A stretch of 63,070 bases of DNA, from IMG/VR virus record IMGVR_UViG_3300038492_000082, positions 1 to 63,070 of that record, one strand, 5' to 3'. The DNA is from a virus. Its lineage: Duplodnaviria; Caudoviricetes. Positions 9,177 through 19,046 of the stretch are shown here, piece after piece (the stretch's first letter is position 1; each line of letters starts with the position of its first letter). The position numbers and the translations under genes were made by a program. The notes beneath the pieces are model-generated. The model searched no databases. It was given only the letters and a program-made list of their open reading frames with translations, and was not told the DNA's origin.

Positions 9177-11414
9177 ATGAAATACAAAGAAGGTGGACGC
9201 ACCGAGTTCAAGCGAGGGAAGGCGCTGACTGAGGATATAGCCGAAGTCGCAGCCATTCCCGGCGGTCTTGACTTGCTCGTCAGCATGGCCGCTCAAGAGT
9301 ACGGCGGTGACACGAGTCGCGGCAAACAGGTTCGTCTGTTCAACATGGGTGGATACGCGGACGGCGGCGGTGCGACGATGCAGGCTGCCGAACGCACGCG
9401 CCAAGCTGGTCGCGGCGACGATGAGGTTCTGCTTCATCTTGCCCCCGAGGAGTTCGAGGTCATCGAATCCATGTGGGGACCGGCCGAGGTCAACCCCCGC
9501 ACTGGGATTCCGGAGTACGGATTCCTAAGTAAGCTGTGGAAGGGTGTCAAGAAGGTGGTCAAGAAGATCGTCAAGTCACCACTCTTCAGCTTCGTTGCGC
9601 CGATCGCGCTGAACGTGTTTGCCCCCGGACTCGGCAGCGCGGTCGGCGGATGGCTCGGTGCAACCGGCAAAGCGGCGGCGACCATCGGCAACACGATCAT
9701 TCGCGGCGGTCTGGGAGCCATCAGCGGCGGCAAGGAGGGCGCGATCAGTGGCGTGTTGAGTGGTCTGACTAGCGGCGGTGTCGGTGAGAAGATAGGCAAA
9801 GGACTCGGTCTCGGTGAGAAGACTGCGAAGCTGGCAGGGGACGCTCTGCTAGGCGGCGCAGCGGGAGAGGCTACCGGCGTCGGGTTCGCTCAGGGTGCAA
9901 CGGGTCAGGCGCTTCAGTCGTTGGCTGGCAATCCGATGCAGAAGTTAGAGAGTGCCATCACCGACAAGGGTCAGGAGTTCTTCGGAACTGGCAAGTACGC
10001 CGACGTCGGTGGCATGAGCGGAATCATGCCTCGCGACGAAGACCCGTTCGGCCTGGAGGGTCTCGGTATCCCGACGCAGCCTTCCGGTCCCATGTCCCCA
10101 ATACCGCCGGAGCTTCAGACGCCGACGTTGGCGGAGACAGCGATGGGCGGCGGTGGAGGCGGAGGAGCCACGAGCTTCCTCGGCAGAGCCGGCGATTGGA
10201 TGCGCGATCATCCGTGGCTCACGGCTGGCGGCGCGTTGTTCGCCGGTACTGCGCTCGGTGGAGGCAGACAGGAGGAGGGAGGCGGTCGTCCGGAACTGCC
10301 GGACAGCTTCACTCAGTCGTTGCCGAATCTGTCGTTCGATCGTCAGGCAATGCCGGATCAAGATTACTTCAACTATGGCCGAGCGTCTTCGGCGAATCCT
10401 GGCGAGGCGATGTTCTTCGAGGGCAATAGCATCGACGGATTGCCTCCGACTGCGCCTCCCGGTGGACCTCCTGGCGGTGCGCCGCCGTTCGTTCCTCCGC
10501 GCGGTGGACGCGGCATCGCCGGAATGGTCGGCGACATGTACCGTCAGGCGCAGGCTGGCGACTACGCGCAGGGACCGAGGAAGCTCAAGGGTCTCTACTG
10601 GCCGGTCGAAGCTGCGAAGCTTCAGCAGGAGGGGTGGACAATCGATCAGGACAACCGGATGGCCTATCCTCCCGGCTCCTTCGGCCCCACGGGAGCGGCT
10701 ATGGGCGGAGAGGTCATGGCGTACAGACTCGGCGGTCTCGTGCAGAAGTATGCCGAGGGCGGCAGCGCACATCACGTGAAGGGTCCGGGAACTGGACGCA
10801 GCGACGACATTCCGGCGGTGCTCAGTGACGGCGAGTACGTTATCGACAGTGAGTCGGTCGCGTTGCTCGGCGACGGTAGTACGGACGCCGGTGCGAAGCG
10901 ACTCGATGAGATGCGCGAGAACTTGCGAAAGCACAAGGGTAAGGAACTTTCCAAGGGCAAGTTTAGCGCAGCGGCCAAGAAGCCTGAAGAGTACATGGCC
11001 AAGGGTGGCAGCGTCAGCAAGTCCGGAATCAAGGATCTCAAGCGGCTGGCCAATCGTCTGGAGCAGGCGATCGAGTCCGGCAACAAGAAGCGCGTCAGCG
11101 AGATCAGCGCGCAACTGAAGTCTCTGGATGGCGGCAACGACGTACTGAAGGGGATGGCGAAAGGCGGCAGCGTGAAGAGAATCATCGACAGTCTCGAACG
11201 CAGCGTCGAGTCCGACTACCGAGGTCCGGTGGAGGGCAAGGTTGAACGGCGTCTGAGGGACAGACGTCAGCGAGAACGAAAGGAGGACCCGCGCAAGAAG
11301 CGCAGGCTCTCCGACAAAGAGCGCGCCGAGCTGGCTGAGGAGCTTGGAGGCTTTCCACAGAACTCGAGATTCATACGCAATCTCAGGAAAGAACTAGCTA
11401 AGGAGGCAGACTAA
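9177..11414 (+). CDS. Internal virion / DNA ejection protein
   Basis: Gly/Ala-rich hydrophobic stretch; GRGDDEVLLH..NPRTGIPEY and GPGTGRSDDIPAVLSDGEYVI domains; several xAxGG motifs. Confidence 0.65.
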   Translation: MKYKEGGRTEFKRGKALTEDIAEVAAIPGGLDLLVSMAAQEYGGDTSRGKQVRLFNMGGYADGGGATMQAAERTRQAGRGDDEVLLHLAPEEFEVIESMWGPAEVNPRTGIPEYGFLSKLWKGVKKVVKKIVKSPLFSFVAPIALNVFAPGLGSAVGGWLGATGKAAATIGNTIIRGGLGAISGGKEGAISGVLSGLTSGGVGEKIGKGLGLGEKTAKLAGDALLGGAAGEATGVGFAQGATGQALQSLAGNPMQKLESAITDKGQEFFGTGKYADVGGMSGIMPRDEDPFGLEGLGIPTQPSGPMSPIPPELQTPTLAETAMGGGGGGGATSFLGRAGDWMRDHPWLTAGGALFAGTALGGGRQEEGGGRPELPDSFTQSLPNLSFDRQAMPDQDYFNYGRASSANPGEAMFFEGNSIDGLPPTAPPGGPPGGAPPFVPPRGGRGIAGMVGDMYRQAQAGDYAQGPRKLKGLYWPVEAAKLQQEGWTIDQDNRMAYPPGSFGPTGAAMGGEVMAYRLGGLVQKYAEGGSAHHVKGPGTGRSDDIPAVLSDGEYVIDSESVALLGDGSTDAGAKRLDEMRENLRKHKGKELSKGKFSAAAKKPEEYMAKGGSVSKSGIKDLKRLANRLEQAIESGNKKRVSEISAQLKSLDGGNDVLKGMAKGGSVKRIIDSLERSVESDYRGPVEGKVERRLRDRRQRERKEDPRKKRRLSDKERAELAEELGGFPQNSRFIRNLRKELAKEAD

Positions 11415-12481
11415 TGCCCGTCAACGACTTTCTATTTGAGGGCAGACCGCCACCTTCGGTCACGACGTATGGTCAGACCATCGACTCAATGCCGAAGTGG
11501 CTGTCCGACTATACTCAGGGACTCGTAGCGCGCGCGAACGCAATAGCGGCTGAACCGTATCAGCCTTACGGCGGTCCTCGCATTGCGGACTTCAGCCCGG
11601 ACGAGATGGCCGGATTCGGCATGACGCGCGCCAACATCGGCGCGTATCAGCCGTACATGGACGCGGCCGGAGCGACGCTGACCGGCGGTCTGGACATGAC
11701 TGCGGACCATCTGGCGTCGGGCACGCGAGACTTCACCAGTTCGGTCGGCGACTACATGGATCCGTTCATCGGTCACGTGCTCAGTCGTCAGCAGGAACTG
11801 TCGAACCGCAATCTGCAGGAGAACCTGATTCCGCAGTTGCAGAACACGTTCACGCGAGCGGGTCACTTCGGCAGCGATCGCATGATGGATCTGGCCGGGC
11901 GAACGTTCCGCGACGTCGGCGAGAACTTGCAGCGCGAGCAACTCGGCGCTCTGTCACAGGCGTACAATCAAGCCGGTCAACTGTTCGGCGCTGACCGAGC
12001 GCGCGATCTTCAGGCGGCTGGCATCTCGGCGGAAACCGGAATACAGGGCGCGCGGGAACTCGGCGCTCTGGGCAGGATGGCATCGCAGATGGGATTCGGC
12101 GACGCGGCTGCTATGGAAGCAATCGGCCGAACGAACCGCGGACTCACGCAGGACAGTCTCAATCTGGCGTACCAGGATTTCCTTCAACAGAGGAACTATC
12201 CCCGCGAGACAATCGACTGGATGTCCAGCGTCATTCGCGGATTGCCGTACGATCAGGCGCGACAGACCACGAATTACGGACCGATCGCCGGACTGGACTA
12301 CGGCGCGAGCGGCGCGAGTCAGCTCGCCGGACTCATCAGCACCGGCCTCGGAGCGTACGAGACCTATCAGAATCTCGGAAGAGCGGAAGGTGGTCTCGCG
12401 CAGTACGCACGCGGAGGGTTCGCCGAGAAACCGGCTGAACCGCACTACTGGAAACCGACTGAGGGTTGGGGAGGAATTTAA
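11414..12481 (+). CDS. DNA ejection / pilot-like internal virion protein
   Basis: YQPYGGPRIA, YMDPF, AYQDFLQQRNYP motifs; Gln/Ala-rich helices. Confidence 0.7.
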   Translation: MPVNDFLFEGRPPPSVTTYGQTIDSMPKWLSDYTQGLVARANAIAAEPYQPYGGPRIADFSPDEMAGFGMTRANIGAYQPYMDAAGATLTGGLDMTADHLASGTRDFTSSVGDYMDPFIGHVLSRQQELSNRNLQENLIPQLQNTFTRAGHFGSDRMMDLAGRTFRDVGENLQREQLGALSQAYNQAGQLFGADRARDLQAAGISAETGIQGARELGALGRMASQMGFGDAAAMEAIGRTNRGLTQDSLNLAYQDFLQQRNYPRETIDWMSSVIRGLPYDQARQTTNYGPIAGLDYGASGASQLAGLISTGLGAYETYQNLGRAEGGLAQYARGGFAEKPAEPHYWKPTEGWGGI

Positions 12482-13929
12482 TGGCAACCTCAAACGAAGC
12501 AATGGTCAACGCGCTGTCGGAGGCGCTCGGGTCTGGACCCTCCTCGGAAGAGGGACTGGACTACGCGCGCAACATCCTCGCGCAATATACCGGCATGCCG
12601 CCGGACAACGAGGACGCACTGGCCGGACTTCGGGAACAGCGTGACACGGTAGTCGGCGCACTGAAGCAGGCGCAGGATCGCATCCGAGAACAGACCGGAC
12701 CGACTCGCGGCGAGTTCCTCCTGGCTCTGGGCCAAGGACTGACCGCTCCGACGAAGACGGGGTCGATCGGCGAGACGGCCGGGACGGTGGCCGGTCTTCT
12801 CCGGCCCATAGCTGCGGAGCAGCGTCAGTTCGAGGCTGGTCAGGACGCGGAGTTGTCCAAGCTGGATCTGGCTCTGGCGCAAGCGGAAGCTCCGCTCAGC
12901 GAGGCCGAGTTCGAGTTGAGTAAGTTGGATAGGGAGATCAGTGGTCGCATGGCGCAGGAGGCGCTCAAGACCATTGCGCGGGGTAGCGCAAGAACGGGAC
13001 GTGGAAGCGGCGCGTTGAGGGCGCAGAAGATCGACGACCTCATGCGGCTGTACGGCATGCCGGAGTCTATGGCCGTGGCATACGTTGACGGTAAGATCAG
13101 TATGGAACTGAACGACCTCGGTGGCGCGGTACTGATGAACGAGCTTACCGGCGAAGCGTTCGAGGTGGACGCGGCCGACGTTGCAGACTTCACTCAGTAT
13201 CTGCCGAATGACGACGCTGACCGGCCGAGCAGCCCGACGCGCGACACTCGGGAGACGGCCGACGGTTCAGACGTTCGGCTGGACATCGAGCGCCAAGCGG
13301 ACGAGATCGTTCAGCAACGTATTGACAACGGCGACAGTCTGTGGGACATGGCGACGGTCGCGACTGGTCCGTGGGCAAGTGCGCGCACGGGAGCCAGCTT
13401 CGTTAGTTCGCTGTTCGGTGGTCCGGTTGCAACGCAGACCATCGAGGCTCGGCACGGTCTCAAGGTTCGCGGCCGGGACGTTGCTCGCGCGATGGTTCCC
13501 AATGAGCGGATGCCGGTTGCACTGGTCCAGATGGCCATCGAGGACGCGGCGATCGAACCGAACGCTCTGGTAACGCCGGACATGATGCAAGCCAACCTCG
13601 TTTCTCTGGACAGGGAGGTCTGGGACTGGTACTTAGACGCGGTCGAGGACGCGGCGAATCAGAAGCTGCCGAAGGATCTGCGTCAACAGCAGGAAACCAA
13701 CGCTCGCGCGTTGGCCATTCTGCTCCGCGACCTTCGGGTTCCGGCCGATCGACAGCAGCGCCGAGTTCGCATACTGGCCGACGGCACGGTGTTCCCGCAA
13801 GCGAGCGATCGGGCACTTACGGCCGACGAGAAGAAATTGCTCAAGCCGCCGAAGTCGTTCCCTGGAACACAACGACAGTGGGATCTCATGCCTCTGTCGG
13901 ACAGAGAACTTTATAAAGAGGATTACTAA
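12481..13929 (+). CDS. Putative internal virion (ejection) protein
   Basis: Helical, coupled to neighbours in the ejectosome position. Confidence 0.55.
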   Translation: MATSNEAMVNALSEALGSGPSSEEGLDYARNILAQYTGMPPDNEDALAGLREQRDTVVGALKQAQDRIREQTGPTRGEFLLALGQGLTAPTKTGSIGETAGTVAGLLRPIAAEQRQFEAGQDAELSKLDLALAQAEAPLSEAEFELSKLDREISGRMAQEALKTIARGSARTGRGSGALRAQKIDDLMRLYGMPESMAVAYVDGKISMELNDLGGAVLMNELTGEAFEVDAADVADFTQYLPNDDADRPSSPTRDTRETADGSDVRLDIERQADEIVQQRIDNGDSLWDMATVATGPWASARTGASFVSSLFGGPVATQTIEARHGLKVRGRDVARAMVPNERMPVALVQMAIEDAAIEPNALVTPDMMQANLVSLDREVWDWYLDAVEDAANQKLPKDLRQQQETNARALAILLRDLRVPADRQQRRVRILADGTVFPQASDRALTADEKKLLKPPKSFPGTQRQWDLMPLSDRELYKEDY

Positions 13930-16409
13930 TGTCAACTCCCGAAGAACAGTTGGTTGACCTTCAGCGACGCATAGAAGAGCGCGACGCAGCGCCGCCGACC
14001 GAGATCGTTGCGCAGGAAGAAGTGATTGACGACCTGCCGGAACTCGAACCTGAACAGTCGCTGGAAGAGCGTCGAGCTGAGGCACTTGCGCGTGCGCAGG
14101 AGAAGGAGAAGGCGCTCATCGCCTCCGAGAACCGCGCGGAGAATCTCAATTCCCCACTCAAGGAGTTCGAGCACGGCGCGGCTCTGGGCATAGCCAACTC
14201 GGTCGGTCTTCCGGTGGACGCGGTCAACGGCATTCTGACGGCCGTCGGATTTCCAACTGAAGCGCCGATCGGCAGCGGGGACAACATCATGGACGTCTTC
14301 GAGGAACTCGGCGTAGTTCCCGAGGACATGCCAGTTAGACCTTCTGGTGCGGCTGGCGGAGCGGGTGAGGGCGTCGCGGCAACGCTCGTCCTCACTCCCG
14401 CCATGCTCTACCCGTTCATGGACAAGGCTGGCGATCCTAACTTTGCGCATCGTCAGCAGTCGGACATGTCACAGCACGTCTCGCAACCGCGCAGCCGAGC
14501 GCAGCGCGCAGCGTTCCTCATCAAGCAACTGATGGAGAAGGCGGCGAACACTGCCGTGAAGAACCCCGGCAAGTTCCTCGCGGCTGAGACGGTCGTGGGC
14601 GGAGCGGCTGGTGCCGCTGGCGCACTGGCTGAAGAAGCCGGTGCGGATCCCGGGCAGCAAATGGCAACGGAGGTCGGCGCTGGCATGCTGACGGCGATGT
14701 CCATTCAAGGTATACCGCGTCAGTTCAAGAGCATGTACCGATGGGGAATGTCGAACCTAGCACCGATGACGGAAGAGGGCGGCATGTTCCGCGCGGCAAC
14801 GCAAACGCAGGCTCGTGCGGAGGCACCGGATCTCGCGCTGCAACGCATTCAGGACGCGCCGGAGGGAGTGACGCCGGCGAGAGCCACCGAGGATCCCCGG
14901 CTGATGGCTCAGGAGCAACTGATTCTGGACGCCAATCCGGAACTCGATCTCAAGGTGCGCGAGGACTTGCAAGCCGCCATCCGCAGGGCGACGAGTGATC
15001 TGAAGGACGTGTACGGCACGCCACAGGGAAGCGCGGATTGGGAGTACGCCATCATCAATCGCGTCAACCCCACGGACGAGGCCATCAAGCCCGGAACAAC
15101 TGAGGACATGATTGCTCAGGTCTATGACAACTTCGCGCCGCTGTACGACGAGGCGAAGGGATTCCCCATCCGTTTGCATCTCATGGACCGTGGGCGCAGC
15201 ACCACGCTCGAGACGATGCTGGCCAACGTGCCGGACTCCTCCGCTGTCGTGGCCGGTGAGTCTGCTCGGTCGACGGTCGCGCGCTGGCTGGACAATCAGG
15301 CCGAGGAGATATTCAAGCGCGCGAAGGATCTGGACGGCAGCCCGACAGTTCAGAGTGATGACCTGCTCGCGTTTCGCAGCCGTATCCGCGAACAGATTCG
15401 CCGATCGCAGCAGCAAGCGAAGGGCGCGGGAGGTACCGAGGCGGCAGACCGAGCCGAACTGTTCCAGGTCGCGGAGAACCGCGTGAACCAGTTGATCAGG
15501 GAGCAGCTACCGCCGGAGGCGCAGGAGACGCTTAAGATAGCGGACGACTTGTATCGCAACTTCAAGATGGTGGACAACGCCGTCTGGATGTCGAACGACA
15601 AGGGTATCACGCCGGACGCGCTGCTTCGCTCGCTTCGCAAGTCGGCATCTTCAACCGGCGCGTACACGCGAGGCGAGAACATGGAGCTTCGTGCGATGGC
15701 GCACGCCGGTCGGCCGCTGGACAGCTACATGAACAACCCGGATCAGGCACGGCGGTACGTTAGCGAGATGGCTCCGGAGGACGTGGCCAACACGAAGGCT
15801 CAGTACGTCGACTCGCTGTTCCGTCGCAGCATCGACAGCAACGTGGACTACGACGGCAACGAGATCCTGTCGGGGCGCAAGCTGCTCGGCAATCTGAACC
15901 GCTTCTCGCGAACCGGCGAGGCGATCGGCATGACCCCCGACGAGATGGAGCGCATCCGCACGATGGGTCAACAACTTCGCGCCATGCAGAACAACGGCGG
16001 TGAGGCTGTCGGCGCGCTGTTTGAGGACGGACCGTCAACGTTCGTTCAGTTGATCGGTGCGATGGCCGCTGCTCGGCAGGGAACGCAAGCTGCTCAGGCG
16101 GTTGGCGGCAACCCGCTCGTTCTGGCCGGGTTCTTCACGAACCGCATGCGCAACTTCATCAGCCGCCTTACTTCGGACAAGGCAACGGAGTTGATGATCG
16201 ACGCAACGACTGACCCGGAACTCTACGCTGCGCTACTCACCAAGCCGACGGCGGCGCGCAAGGTTCAGGACGAGGCTGCTCAATACCTCAACTCGTGGCT
16301 ACTGCAACGCGACAAGCCACCGACAGATGAGGAGGCGGGGTACAGAGAGGACATGCGAAGACTTCGTAGGGAGATGGAACAGGCTCAAGAACTGAGTCCG
16401 CTGTTTTAG
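13929..16409 (+). CDS. Large putative DNA ejection protein
   Basis: 826 aa, helical, Ala-rich, with central and C-terminal hydrophobic patches; position. Confidence 0.6.
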   Translation: MSTPEEQLVDLQRRIEERDAAPPTEIVAQEEVIDDLPELEPEQSLEERRAEALARAQEKEKALIASENRAENLNSPLKEFEHGAALGIANSVGLPVDAVNGILTAVGFPTEAPIGSGDNIMDVFEELGVVPEDMPVRPSGAAGGAGEGVAATLVLTPAMLYPFMDKAGDPNFAHRQQSDMSQHVSQPRSRAQRAAFLIKQLMEKAANTAVKNPGKFLAAETVVGGAAGAAGALAEEAGADPGQQMATEVGAGMLTAMSIQGIPRQFKSMYRWGMSNLAPMTEEGGMFRAATQTQARAEAPDLALQRIQDAPEGVTPARATEDPRLMAQEQLILDANPELDLKVREDLQAAIRRATSDLKDVYGTPQGSADWEYAIINRVNPTDEAIKPGTTEDMIAQVYDNFAPLYDEAKGFPIRLHLMDRGRSTTLETMLANVPDSSAVVAGESARSTVARWLDNQAEEIFKRAKDLDGSPTVQSDDLLAFRSRIREQIRRSQQQAKGAGGTEAADRAELFQVAENRVNQLIREQLPPEAQETLKIADDLYRNFKMVDNAVWMSNDKGITPDALLRSLRKSASSTGAYTRGENMELRAMAHAGRPLDSYMNNPDQARRYVSEMAPEDVANTKAQYVDSLFRRSIDSNVDYDGNEILSGRKLLGNLNRFSRTGEAIGMTPDEMERIRTMGQQLRAMQNNGGEAVGALFEDGPSTFVQLIGAMAAARQGTQAAQAVGGNPLVLAGFFTNRMRNFISRLTSDKATELMIDATTDPELYAALLTKPTAARKVQDEAAQYLNSWLLQRDKPPTDEEAGYREDMRRLRREMEQAQELSPLF

Positions 16410-16417
16410 GAACCGAC

Positions 16418-17440
16418 ATGGCAGAACCGAAAGTAATGGAGGCACCGACGCGGATGTTCGATCGTCCGCGTGGGCTGTCCGTGTTCTCGGCGCTCAGGCG
16501 TCCAGATGCTCCTCCCATGACGGAGGAAGAGCGCGAAGAGTTGATGGACTACATGCGCGACAGTGCTGCGGCGCAAGAACTCTCCGACAAGATGGGGACA
16601 TCTGACTACTGGCTTGACACGCTGAAGAGATTCCCGGCCGCGATACGCGCCAGGATGATGAAGGTGCATCCGGAAACTGGCGAGGCGATCATGGAGTTTC
16701 GCGCGCCGATGCCCGATCTGGATGACGTCGGTCGTGGGCTGATGACGATGGAAGAATACAAGGAAGAGAAGGCCGCGGTCGAAGCGCACAATAAAAGGTT
16801 GGACGAGTACCGATCAACGTGGGTAGACGACACGAAGTCGATGGCCGCGCTTCCGGCGATGCTCGGCAATCTACTCGGCGGTGACTTCGAGCCTCCTCAG
16901 TTCGCAGTTGACGCGGCTGAGCGCGTCGGCATGGCCGAGCGCAAATCGCAGGAAGATTTCGGCATGGGAGATCCGGAGGGTTTCCCGCAGCATCTGATGG
17001 GAGGTGCCGGTGCGATGATGACGCAGATCCCCATCCCCGGAACTCAGGGTAAGGGCGCTCTGTCGCAGGCAGTGAAGAAGGTTCCCGCTCCGATACGGGC
17101 GCCCATCGGTGCAGTCGTGGAGATGGCTAACCCCACGATCAATCCTTCGGTGCAGAATTATCTGAAGGGAGCGGTTGCGGCTGGCGCGCTTGACACGTTC
17201 TTGGAGCCTTCCGCTTCTCAGATCGCGGAGATCGAGGAGCGACAGCGCGTGTACGACAACGTCGCTGACAAGGTCGACATCATGATCGAGGAGCAGTGGG
17301 ACGACACTCCAATGGAAACGAAGCTCGCCATCTTCAGCTCTCCGTTCGCGGAGCAGGCATGGGAGGCGATGGACGCGGAACAACGGGAAGAGATTCTCAA
17401 GGAACTACAGGCTAGAGGAGCATTCGACGATGCCGAGTAA
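16418..17440 (+). CDS. Hypothetical (possible internal virion) protein
   Basis: 340-aa ORF with AGGA RBS. Confidence 0.6.
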   Translation: MAEPKVMEAPTRMFDRPRGLSVFSALRRPDAPPMTEEEREELMDYMRDSAAAQELSDKMGTSDYWLDTLKRFPAAIRARMMKVHPETGEAIMEFRAPMPDLDDVGRGLMTMEEYKEEKAAVEAHNKRLDEYRSTWVDDTKSMAALPAMLGNLLGGDFEPPQFAVDAAERVGMAERKSQEDFGMGDPEGFPQHLMGGAGAMMTQIPIPGTQGKGALSQAVKKVPAPIRAPIGAVVEMANPTINPSVQNYLKGAVAAGALDTFLEPSASQIAEIEERQRVYDNVADKVDIMIEEQWDDTPMETKLAIFSSPFAEQAWEAMDAEQREEILKELQARGAFDDAE

Positions 17441-17912
17441 ATCACCAGCGCAAGCACGACTGATGAGGGCAGTGGCGCACGGTTGGAAGAAGCCCGGAGG
17501 TGGAGGGCCGACTCGTGCAGTCGCGAAGGAATTTGTGAACGCAGACAAGAGGAGAGGGAAGGTGCAGAGTTATCAGTTTGGAGGAGTCACCAGTCCGGCG
17601 ATGGTGGGAGCCATGAGCAGATATCGGCCGAGGAAGAGTACTGGTCTCCAGGCTCCCAACGCCAAACCGATGGCACCGCGTCAGCCGTCTACGCGCATGC
17701 CGCCAGCGGGAGCAACGCGTCAAGTTCACAATCTGATGAACCAGCGCAGACCGCAGCCAGTGAAGATGCAGAGACGGATTGCGCCGCCACCGAACAAGTA
17801 TCCTGGAGGGGGAACGCCAGGAACGGGACGACGCAATCCGATGATCAGACAGATGAACAGCAACGCACGTCGTCCGATGATGCGCGGTGCGACGTCCTAC
17901 TTCCGACGCTGA
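17430..17912 (+). CDS. Basic low-complexity virion-associated protein
   Basis: MPSKSPAQARLMRAVAH N-terminus; Arg/Pro/Met-rich; YQFGG motif. Confidence 0.65.
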   Translation: MPSKSPAQARLMRAVAHGWKKPGGGGPTRAVAKEFVNADKRRGKVQSYQFGGVTSPAMVGAMSRYRPRKSTGLQAPNAKPMAPRQPSTRMPPAGATRQVHNLMNQRRPQPVKMQRRIAPPPNKYPGGGTPGTGRRNPMIRQMNSNARRPMMRGATSYFRR

Positions 17913-17937
17913 TCACAAAACAGACAGCCCCCGGCCC

Positions 17938-17973
17938 CGGCTGGCCCGTATTTTACATAATATAGGCCAGCCG
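17938..17973. terminator. Hairpin at the convergence of the two arms (probable terminator)
   Basis: CGGCTGGCC...GGCCAGCCG inverted repeat around an AT-rich core; no clear U-tract. Confidence 0.55.
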
Positions 17974-18038
17974 TCAGGCGCTCTCAGATCAGCTCTACGG
18001 GGATAACCAGCCAAAGAACCGGCGCTCGCCGGGCCACA

Positions 18039-18311
18039 CTAGGCGGATTTCTGGGGGAATCTGTGCAGCGAGATTGCGGATACGCGCTGAGCGCTAGGGT
18101 CAGCGCCCTCTGAGCGACCCGCTGGCTCCCGATCGGCACCGGGCGCGGACCGCTGTGCCGGGGTGCCGGTGCCTAGCTTGTCCAGCCACTCCCGCGCCTC
18201 GCGGTTGGCGGCGCGCTCGCGTGCCAGCCGCTCCTCGTCCTTGCGTATCTCGCTGCGGCCAACGAAGTAGACGATGGCCACGAAGATGATGATGCCGATG
18301 GTGATGTACAT
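18039..18311 (-). CDS. Small membrane protein
   Basis: MYITIGIIIFVAIVYFVG TM segment; GGAGG RBS. Confidence 0.55.
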   Translation of the reverse strand: MYITIGIIIFVAIVYFVGRSEIRKDEERLARERAANREAREWLDKLGTGTPAQRSAPGADREPAGRSEGADPSAQRVSAISLHRFPQKSA

Positions 18312-18313
18312 GG

Positions 18314-18502
18314 TCAGCCCTCCAATATGTACCGCTTCAGTTGATTGAACGCTTTGGTGACGTCGCTGTCCGGCGGGTACTGTTGCATGATGTTGAGCAT
18401 GTCGCTGAGGATCTGCTCCTCCTTGTTTCTGCTCATCATGCCGTTCAGCACAAAGCTGATGACGACGCCGATTATTAACCATCCAAATGCCGTGATCTCC
18501 AT
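18314..18502 (-). CDS. Small membrane protein
   Basis: MEITAFGWLIIGVVISFVL TM segment. Confidence 0.55.
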   Translation of the reverse strand: MEITAFGWLIIGVVISFVLNGMMSRNKEEQILSDMLNIMQQYPPDSDVTKAFNQLKRYILEG

Positions 18503-18512
18503 AGTTTCGCTC

Positions 18513-19046
18513 TCAATCTTGGTTGACGTACTCAGGTCCTGGTTCGCCGTCAATCTTCTTATCGTTGGGGTCTTGCTCCGTGACCTCCATTCCTCTTCGT
18601 GTAATTTCTTCCATCATCTCGCCAGTCTCGATGAGATGCGCGGCGTCCTCTTGGCCCATGCTCCAGCACTCGGGACAGAACGCCACCTTTCCACAGAGCA
18701 CGTTGTCCACCGGCTCGCCGCATCCGGTGATCGGCTTCGGTAGGAACTTGTCGATCAAGATGTCGTGATCCAGAACGTGCGTCTCGCTGAGCGTGAGCAG
18801 CGCGTACCCAATCAGATCCTTCAGCGCGTCTTCGCCCTCGGGACTGCTGCGCACGGCAGCGAACAGGTCGTAGCCGTTCTCACGCGCCATGTTCTCGATG
18901 CGCGACCACTTGCGCTCCGTGTTGAAGAAAGCGCTGAAGCCCTCGTGAGATTTCCAACTCGACCCATAGATGTCGTCCTTCTCGATGAGAATCTGGACGA
19001 CCTCGTTGGCGAGTGCCTGCAATTTATCCTTGAGTTTCTGTTGCAC
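18513..19046 (-). CDS. Nucleotide-modification-associated domain 1 (Nmad1/DUF1599, MazG-like) protein with Cys-rich insert
   Basis: EKDDIYGSSWK...RKWSRIEN...DALKDLIGYALL pattern; GTG start after GAGGAG. Confidence 0.7.
   Translation of the reverse strand: MQQKLKDKLQALANEVVQILIEKDDIYGSSWKSHEGFSAFFNTERKWSRIENMARENGYDLFAAVRSSPEGEDALKDLIGYALLTLSETHVLDHDILIDKFLPKPITGCGEPVDNVLCGKVAFCPECWSMGQEDAAHLIETGEMMEEITRRGMEVTEQDPNDKKIDGEPGPEYVNQD

Noticed and set aside
5351..11114. Long antisense ORFs (5351-7090, 7408-8694, 9945-11114) and similar ones elsewhere
   Set aside because: Shadow ORFs opposite well-supported genes in GC-rich DNA; no recognisable motifs.
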